Assembly: GCF_000981785.2 (NCBI RefSeq)
Contig: NZ_CP011304.1
Span: 1,530,001-1,562,000 of the forward strand
Length of the DNA: 32,000 nt
Reading direction: 5' to 3'
Source of the DNA: Microcystis aeruginosa NIES-2549
GTDB lineage: Bacteria; Cyanobacteriota; Cyanobacteriia; Cyanobacteriales; Microcystaceae
Below are positions 9,697-14,348 of the stretch, piece by piece. The notes below the pieces were generated by a model that saw only the letters and a list, made by a program, of their open reading frames with translations, did not search any database and had not been told where the DNA came from. The position numbers and the translations under genes are program-made. The first letter of the stretch is position 1. Every line of letters starts with the position of its first letter.

Positions 9697-10100
9697 TCGC
9701 AAATTATCTCCTTTTGAGGATTATAAATAATTAAATTGATTCTATTACGTTTAATAACCAGTTGGAAAATAGCTTTTTTGAAGTGTTTTAAATAAACTGC
9801 TTGACTAATGCCCAAAAAAAGTTTTCTTTCAGGTTCTTGTGAATCTAAAGCCCATTGGTATAATTGAAGTTGTCCTATTGTTTTTTCTAATTCACTGATA
9901 ACTGAAGGCGTATCAAAGTCTTTGATTTCTACGGCAATTTTACGTTCTTATTTTTCCGCAGCAAAAAACTTTTCTGCTCCTAAATCAGCTTTAAGCAAGG
10001 TTTTTTCTAAGGTTAGAATTAAAGGATCATCAGTGATTTTCCAACCCTCTTTTTCTAAAGTATGACGTAATGATAAATGTAGATCGTCTCGTCTGGACAT
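9681..10100 (-). pseudogene. xisH: XisH family gene with an in-frame TAA
   Basis: The 420-nt frame from ATG 10100 reads MSRRDDLHLSLRHTLEKEGWKITDDPLILTLEKTLLKADLGAEKFFAAEK*ERKIAVEIKDFDTPSVISELEKTIGQLQLY... The stop is codon 51, at 9948-9950 on the + strand. It has the usual xisH-xisI overlap. Confidence 0.75.
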
Positions 10101-10182
10101 CCTTATAAACCCTGCTTAAGAGGTTCGATTTCTATTCTACTACAGTTCGCCCTAATTCGGATTTATTATGACCGCAAAAGCG

Positions 10183-10207
10183 GTAAGGTGGGCAATGCTC
10201 ACCCTAC
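10183..10207. repeat. Palindromic hairpin element (GTAAGGTGGGCAATGCTCACCCTAC)
   Basis: Imperfect inverted repeat. The same core occurs at 16927-16953. Confidence 0.7.
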
Positions 10208-10212
10208 TATTT

Positions 10213-10300
10213 CTATTTTCGCTTGGTCAGGCTAGAGACTAACCCTAATCCTCCTAATCCTAACAAGGCAACAACGGAACTCAGTGCAGATCTGGTAGGG
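10213..10300 (-). pseudogene. Remnant of a PEP-CTERM protein C-terminus
   Basis: The minus frame reads ...SALSSVVALLGLGGLGLVSSLTKRK*, a Gly-rich TM helix plus a basic tail as in PEP-CTERM anchors. The PEP motif region is lost where the MITE-like sequence begins at about 10291. Confidence 0.35.
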
Positions 10301-10337
10301 TGTGTTCCCTCATGCAAGTCCTACCGCTGCAGCGATA
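10291..10337 (+). repeat. Partial, diverged copy of the MITE-like element found at 12173 and 13222
   Basis: Sequence tctggtagggtgtgttccctcatgcaagtcctaccgctgcagcgatag aligns with the first ~45 nt of the other two copies (GGTAGGGTG.GTT...ATGCAAGTCCT). Confidence 0.55.
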
Positions 10338-10450
10338 GATTTGAATGATTATAAGCTAAAAACGTCTAGGCACAGCGACGGACGGGAGTGCGAGTGCCGT
10401 CGAATAATTGTAAATTTTTGTTACGAAGTGCAGTCAGATTGAAGAATTAG

Positions 10451-11308
10451 TGCTATGGTCGCTGAAAAGTTCTTTGTATCTCGGCTGATTGTCAGGAATC
10501 TACAAAACGGGGTGATATGCCGAAAGTTTCCCCATATCCTTACTCTGGTTATTCGGAAAGTTTCTGTATAATCAATGGTTAGCTGGCCTCGTAATACCAC
10601 GATGTATCTGATTAGGAGCGATATTATGCGACTTAGTGAAAATTTTTTACAGCCAGCATTGTCAGATGATTTTTACTGGCTCAACGAGCCGACGCATTAT
10701 CGTTTGGGTAATGGCTTGGAAATTTCTACAGATGAAAAAACTGATTTTTGGCAAAACACACACTATGGTTTTCAAAGAGATGATGGGCATTGCTTATTGA
10801 TGCGACAAGTTGGGGATTTTTCCCTAATGACCCAAGTAGAATTTCAGCCTCGGGAAAAATATGATCAATGTGGCCTAATGGTGCGGATTGACAGTCAGAA
10901 TTGGATAAAAGTTTCCACGGAATATGAAAGCGAACAAGCTAGTCGGCTTGGTTCTGTGGTGACCAATTTGGGATATTCTGATTGGGCAACGCAAGACATT
11001 TCTTCACGATACCGCGAAATGTGGTATCGCATCAGTAAACGGGGGAGCGATTTTCTGCTAGAGAATTCTTATGATGGGCAGGCTTGGCTGCAAATGCGGA
11101 TCACACACTTACACAAGATAGCCGACGATTGCCAAATCGGAGTGTATGCCTGCAGCCCGATAGGCAAAGCGTTTCGCTGTTGTTTCAAAACCTTGGAAAT
11201 CTCAGACAATCAGTGGCTGGCAATACCGGAAGCCAGCTAACAACCGTATGCACCTGACTGGCACTTATGCGCCTTAACGCCTGGCTTGTTGTGGTTCACG
11301 GCTTGTCT
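10451..11308 (+). repeat. 858-bp direct repeat, copy B
   Basis: See copy A (6837-7694). Identical length with no indels. Confidence 0.95.
10626..11240 (+). CDS. DUF1349-like protein, copy B
   Basis: Paralog of 7012-7626. Taken from the two annotated start codons, the proteins differ at only two residues: G2R near the N-terminus and V to A near the C-terminus. Confidence 0.7.
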   Translation: MRLSENFLQPALSDDFYWLNEPTHYRLGNGLEISTDEKTDFWQNTHYGFQRDDGHCLLMRQVGDFSLMTQVEFQPREKYDQCGLMVRIDSQNWIKVSTEYESEQASRLGSVVTNLGYSDWATQDISSRYREMWYRISKRGSDFLLENSYDGQAWLQMRITHLHKIADDCQIGVYACSPIGKAFRCCFKTLEISDNQWLAIPEAS

Positions 11309-11358
11309 GTCTTATGCTAGAGTTTCATAATTACCCGAAGCTAATGAGGCCAAAAATA

Positions 11359-11754
11359 ATGGACAAAAATAAGCCAGAAGAAGTTCAAGAAGCAATGATT
11401 TCAGTGGGAGTGGGTACAGCGATTGGAGCTAGTGCATCGGCAGTAGTTGGCGGTATGGGACTTGCTGTAGGAGGAACTGCTCTAGGAGTCGGTATGGCTC
11501 CAGTAGCAGCGGCAGGAGCAGTTGTCGGCACAGCAGTTTACGGAACCAAAAAAGCAATAGAAGAACAAGACGCAACGGCAATTGGAGCAGCGGCAATTGG
11601 TGCGGGTGCTGGAGCCGGTATATCAGCATTAGTTGGAGGTATGGGATTAGCAGTAGGGGGGACGGCAGTTGCAGTGACGATGGCTCCCGTTGCGGCAGTA
11701 GGAGCAGTAATTGGTTTGGCTGGATATGGTATCTCTAAATTATTCACTGAATAA
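11359..11754 (+). CDS. Small Gly/Ala-rich (glycine-zipper) membrane protein with an internal tandem duplication
   Basis: The ORF is open from ATG 11314. ATG 11359 is preferred because gagg lies about 10 nt upstream. There are two ~45-aa repeats, each containing VGGMGLAVGGTA(L/V)..MAPVAA.GAV.G..(V/G)YG. The two repeat copies differ mainly at synonymous codon positions, which argues for real coding sequence. Confidence 0.65.
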   Translation: MDKNKPEEVQEAMISVGVGTAIGASASAVVGGMGLAVGGTALGVGMAPVAAAGAVVGTAVYGTKKAIEEQDATAIGAAAIGAGAGAGISALVGGMGLAVGGTAVAVTMAPVAAVGAVIGLAGYGISKLFTE

Positions 11755-11757
11755 GTA

Positions 11758-12165
11758 ATGGCTAAACGGAAAAGACAGTCCCCCAATGCTGCTCAAAAAT
11801 TAGTAAGAGGAGCAATTCGGGACTTTATTAATCAGGTTAATGGCATAGTTATTGAGCCGGAGATAAATACTCCTGTAAAGGGGACAGAGGCTTGGTATCG
11901 GGACGAACTTGCTAGAGAATTAGGAGGAAAAACCGAGGTTTACATTGATAAGGTAGGTAGAATAGATGTCTTAACTAATACTGAAATAATTGAAGTTAAA
12001 AATACAAAAGGCTGGAAATCAGCGATCGGGCAAATAAAGAGTTATGGACAGTATTATCCTAAGCATAAAATGAGAGTTCACCTATTTGGGAAATTGACTG
12101 AGAGTAAACTAGAAACTATTCAAAGAGTATGTAACCTAGAAGGTATAACTCTAACTTGGGAATAG
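11758..12165 (+). CDS. Small PD-(D/E)xK-like (YraN-like minimal nuclease fold) protein with a basic N-terminus
   Basis: ATG lies 3 nt after the upstream stop. The core is GRIDVLTNTEIIEVKNTKGWKSAIGQIKSY (D...E.K...Q). The N-terminus MAKRKRQSPNAAQKLVRG is strongly basic. The family assignment is inferred from the motif only. Confidence 0.5.
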   Translation: MAKRKRQSPNAAQKLVRGAIRDFINQVNGIVIEPEINTPVKGTEAWYRDELARELGGKTEVYIDKVGRIDVLTNTEIIEVKNTKGWKSAIGQIKSYGQYYPKHKMRVHLFGKLTESKLETIQRVCNLEGITLTWE

Positions 12166-12172
12166 TATGATT

Positions 12173-12291
12173 GCCGCTCTGGTAGGGTGCGTTCGCTAAT
12201 GCAAGTCCTGCTACAAAGCGATCGCTTTTGGGGAACGCACCATGCACATTGATGGCAGCTGTCAGTCTAAGTGCGATGCCGAAGAACGTAG
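12173..12291 (+). repeat. MITE-like repeat, copy 2 (~119 bp)
   Basis: Sequence gccgctctggtagggtgcgttcgctaatgcaagtcctgctacaaagcgatcgcttttggggaacgcaccatgcacattgatggcagctgtcag... is near-identical to 13222-13334, apart from a 6-nt indel. It has an internal inverted repeat GGTGCGTTC/GAACGCACC. Confidence 0.85.
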
Positions 12292-12370
12292 AAGCATGAA
12301 ATCCAAGGACTGATCATGTTACGCTACCGCTAACCCGTCCTACAAATAATTTTGTCTCCCTCGCTATTTT

Positions 12371-12514
12371 CTAGACATCTTTCTCCTTGTCCTTTTTCCC
12401 TTTTTTAAGAAAAGGTATAGCACCTAAAACCACTCCTGTACCCAGGATAGTTAAGGATGGTTCAGGCACTGGTTGATACAAGTGATCGCCGTTAATCTTC
12501 CAGTTCGATCGCAT
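12371..12514 (-). other. 47-codon ORF consisting essentially of a PEP-CTERM sorting signal (likely a gene remnant)
   Basis: Translation is MRSNWKINGDHLYQPVPEPSLTILGTGVVLGAIPFLKKGKKDKEKDV*: a VPEPS motif, then a hydrophobic helix, then a basic tail. It overlaps the doc 3' end in another frame. Confidence 0.35.
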
Positions 12515-12901
12515 ATTGTTCGATCCAATCGGTCAATCTGGCCAAACCCTCCTTATATGTTTCGAGACCACCGGCAAGACCAAGAAAGAAAGTGACCGTT
12601 TCTGCTTCGCTGGCGTTCAAGCGATAGCCGTTCTTTCGCAAAAAAGTTGAAACGGTGGCCAGAGCTATACGTTTATTACCATCGCAAAAGCAATGATTTT
12701 TGACAAAACCGTAGTCATAAGCCGCCGCTAACTTAAAAATCGATGATTCGGGTTCGTACTGAAAAAAGAATTTTGGCTTATTGACAGTGGACTCTAACAG
12801 GGTTGGGTTTAAAACTCCTTGAGTCCCCCGGTTCGAGCGATTAAAATTTCCTGAATCACCCTAATCGCATCGCTCGATAACCATTTCGGTTCCTCGATCA
12901 T
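12492..12901 (-). pseudogene. doc: Doc/Fic-family toxin gene with a -1 frameshift in a G run
   Basis: The first frame MIEEPKWLSSDAIRVIQEILIARTGG ends in a stop. The downstream frame TQGVLNPTLLESTVNKP...VKNHCFCDGNKRIALATV... carries an intact Fic motif HxFxDGNKR. Length is 410 nt. The frame breaks at C5 12825-12829 (G5 on the coding strand), and one extra G would restore it. ATGA overlap with the antitoxin stop. Confidence 0.8.
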
Positions 12902-13125
12902 TATTTGGCGAGTTCCTTGAAGGCGTTGCGGTACTGAGAATAAGTATCTTCAAAAGCTTTCATGGTTTCTTCAAAATCGGGATCAAAGCCAGAAATTCTG
13001 TATCCATCTGGCGATTCCGTGATATAAATCTGATCTCCTTCCTCTACGTTTAGTCGGGATAAAACCTCTTTCGGTAAGATCACACCTATGGAATTGCCGA
13101 TTTTTCGGAGCGTTAGACTTGTCAT
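12901..13125 (-). CDS. AbrB/MazE/SpoVT-type antitoxin (Doc partner)
   Basis: The 74-aa sequence MTSLTLRKIGNSIGVILPKEVLSRLNVEEGDQIYI... shows the looped-hinge-helix signature. It lies immediately upstream of, and overlapping, doc. Confidence 0.8.
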   Translation of the reverse strand: MTSLTLRKIGNSIGVILPKEVLSRLNVEEGDQIYITESPDGYRISGFDPDFEETMKAFEDTYSQYRNAFKELAK

Positions 13126-13143
13126 AACCTATGACCTTCCGTA

Positions 13144-13172
13144 ATTATGTTATGACAAATGTTATAACATAA
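13144..13172 (-). promoter_or_regulatory. Putative operator upstream of the AbrB-type antitoxin
   Basis: A perfect 12-bp palindrome ATGTTATAACAT at 13159-13170 plus a direct ATGTTAT repeat at 13147-13153, 20-45 nt upstream of the antitoxin start. This position is typical of TA autoregulation sites. Confidence 0.45.
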
Positions 13173-13221
13173 CTAACTGCCCAAAGAATTATTTTAAAGA
13201 AAAAGACTTCCGATCGTGAAA

Positions 13222-13334
13222 GCCGCTCTTGTAGGGTGCGTTTCCTAATGCAAGTCCTGCTACAAAGCGATCGCTTTTGGGGAACGCACCATGCACATTG
13301 ATGGCAGCTGTCAGTGCGATGCCGAAGAAGGTAG
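13222..13334 (+). repeat. MITE-like repeat, copy 3 (~113 bp)
   Basis: See 12173-12291; same orientation. It accounts for most of the track ORF 13189..13416. Confidence 0.85.
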
Positions 13335-13335
13335 T

Positions 13336-13373
13336 GCGATCGCTGTCATCTTCTTGATTAAACTTTAAAACTG
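13336..13373 (+). repeat. 38-bp direct repeat, left copy (gcgatcgctgtcatcttcttgattaaactttaaaactg)
   Basis: 34/38 identical to 13986-14023. The pair brackets the YefM-like/YoeB cassette. Confidence 0.8.
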
Positions 13374-13482
13374 GGATCTCTTTGAGTGTCATTAGTGCGA
13401 TCGCTTTTCTTGTCAACAGTTCTAACTCATGCTGATTTTGATATAATAGCCATAATTGTTTGACATCTTAAGAGAAAAAATC

Positions 13483-13737
13483 ATGATTAGAGCGATTAAA
13501 CAGAAAGGAATTGTTGGCAGAGAAGGAAAAATAGAGCTTTATTCTACGGAACTAGAAGAAGGAACAGATGTGGATATTATTATTTTAGTATCTGATCCTG
13601 AACCCGATACAACCGAATATCTTCTTTCAACAGAAGCCAATCAGCGTGAATTATCCGAAGCTATTGACAGAATAGAAAATAAAGAAAACTTAGTGACAAT
13701 TGCCGTAAAAGAATGGCGTGAAAAATATAGTATTTGA
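13483..13737 (+). CDS. Antitoxin with a YefM/Phd-like C-terminal toxin-binding region
   Basis: ATG 13483 (MIRAIKQKG...). The C-terminal TEYLLSTEANQRELSEAIDRIENKENLVTI resembles the YefM C-terminus, but the N-terminal half does not look like canonical YefM. It overlaps the yoeB-like frame. Confidence 0.55.
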   Translation: MIRAIKQKGIVGREGKIELYSTELEEGTDVDIIILVSDPEPDTTEYLLSTEANQRELSEAIDRIENKENLVTIAVKEWREKYSI

Positions 13738-13978
13738 TCCGAAAGCTTTTAAACAATTCAATGAATGGGCGATAGAAGACAAAAAACTCTATTAAAAAAT
13801 CGTTGATTTAATTGACGACATATTGCGCCATCCCTTCTCTGGAATCGGTAAACCCGAACCCTTAAAACATCAACTCAAGGGTTATTGGTCAAGACGCATT
13901 AATGATGAACATCGCTTAGTTTATAAAATTACAGAAACAGAAATTATTATTATCAGTTGTAAATTTCATTATGACTAG
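13718..13978 (+). pseudogene. yoeB: Txe/YoeB-family toxin gene with an in-frame TAA
   Basis: The 261-nt frame from GTG 13718 reads VKNIVFDPKAFKQFNEWAIEDKKLY*KIVDLIDDILRHPFSGIGKPEPLKHQLKGYWSRRINDEHRLVYKITETEIIIISCKFHYD*. The TAA is at 13793-13795. Confidence 0.8.
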
Positions 13979-13985
13979 GCTCAAT

Positions 13986-14023
13986 GCGATCGCTGTTATT
14001 TTGTTGATTAAACTTTAAAATTG
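13986..14023 (+). repeat. 38-bp direct repeat, right copy
   Basis: Sequence gcgatcgctgttattttgttgattaaactttaaaattg; see 13336-13373. Confidence 0.8.
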
Positions 14024-14348
14024 CCATTGCTTGGGATAGGAACGCCAAGGTCGATCGCTTTTTGGGGCAAGAGAAGGAACGATCGCATCTCTCCTAGGGT
14101 AGAACGCTGATGGCAATAGTCAACAACTTACCCGAAAAAGCTAGATTTTGTAACAAAAATTAGTATTACTTAGGGCTGTGTATAGAGAAGTTGCGAATTG
14201 TTAACCTTAGCTTTGCTAGGAAAATAAAATGTGATACTGTGACCCCAAGGCCGTGAAAAACGGCCAGGTTTTCAGTTTTTTTAAACATCAGGTCGCCACA
14301 TTCTACAGCTATTTTCGCTCAAAAAAAAACGATTTTCTAGGCATTTCC

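Noticed and set aside
9394-10100. xisH/xisI between long direct repeats considered as a developmentally excised element (fdxN-type)
   Set aside because: No XisA/XisC/XisF-type recombinase is present. xisH carries a premature stop. XisHI pairs are widespread in non-heterocystous cyanobacteria. The 858-bp repeats are far longer than site-specific recombination cores.
6837-11308. Duplicated DUF1349-like genes considered as a diversity-generating retroelement template/variable pair
   Set aside because: No reverse transcriptase is nearby. The roughly 12 differences are not adenine-specific and lie mostly outside the coding region.
11429-11786. Two antisense ORFs (66 and 82 aa) inside the Gly/Ala-rich gene
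   Set aside because: They are typical open-frame artefacts of GC-rich Gly/Ala codon runs. The sense frame shows a conserved duplicated peptide with synonymous divergence.
12826-12840. The ggttcgagc string considered as a tRNA T-arm
   Set aside because: It lies inside the doc reading frame. No acceptor stem or anticodon arm can be built around it.
13189-13416. 75-aa ORF on the minus strand
   Set aside because: Most of it is the translated MITE-like repeat, with the same sequence at 12173-12291 in a non-coding context. Only its first ~20 codons may derive from a real, disrupted gene.
12173-14023. TA cassettes separated by ~115-bp structured repeats considered as an integron-like cassette array (attC sites)
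   Set aside because: There is no integrase in the window. The repeats lack the R''/L''-L'/R' architecture and GTTRRRY core of attC. The copies are near-identical, as for MITEs, whereas attC sites conserve structure but diverge in sequence.
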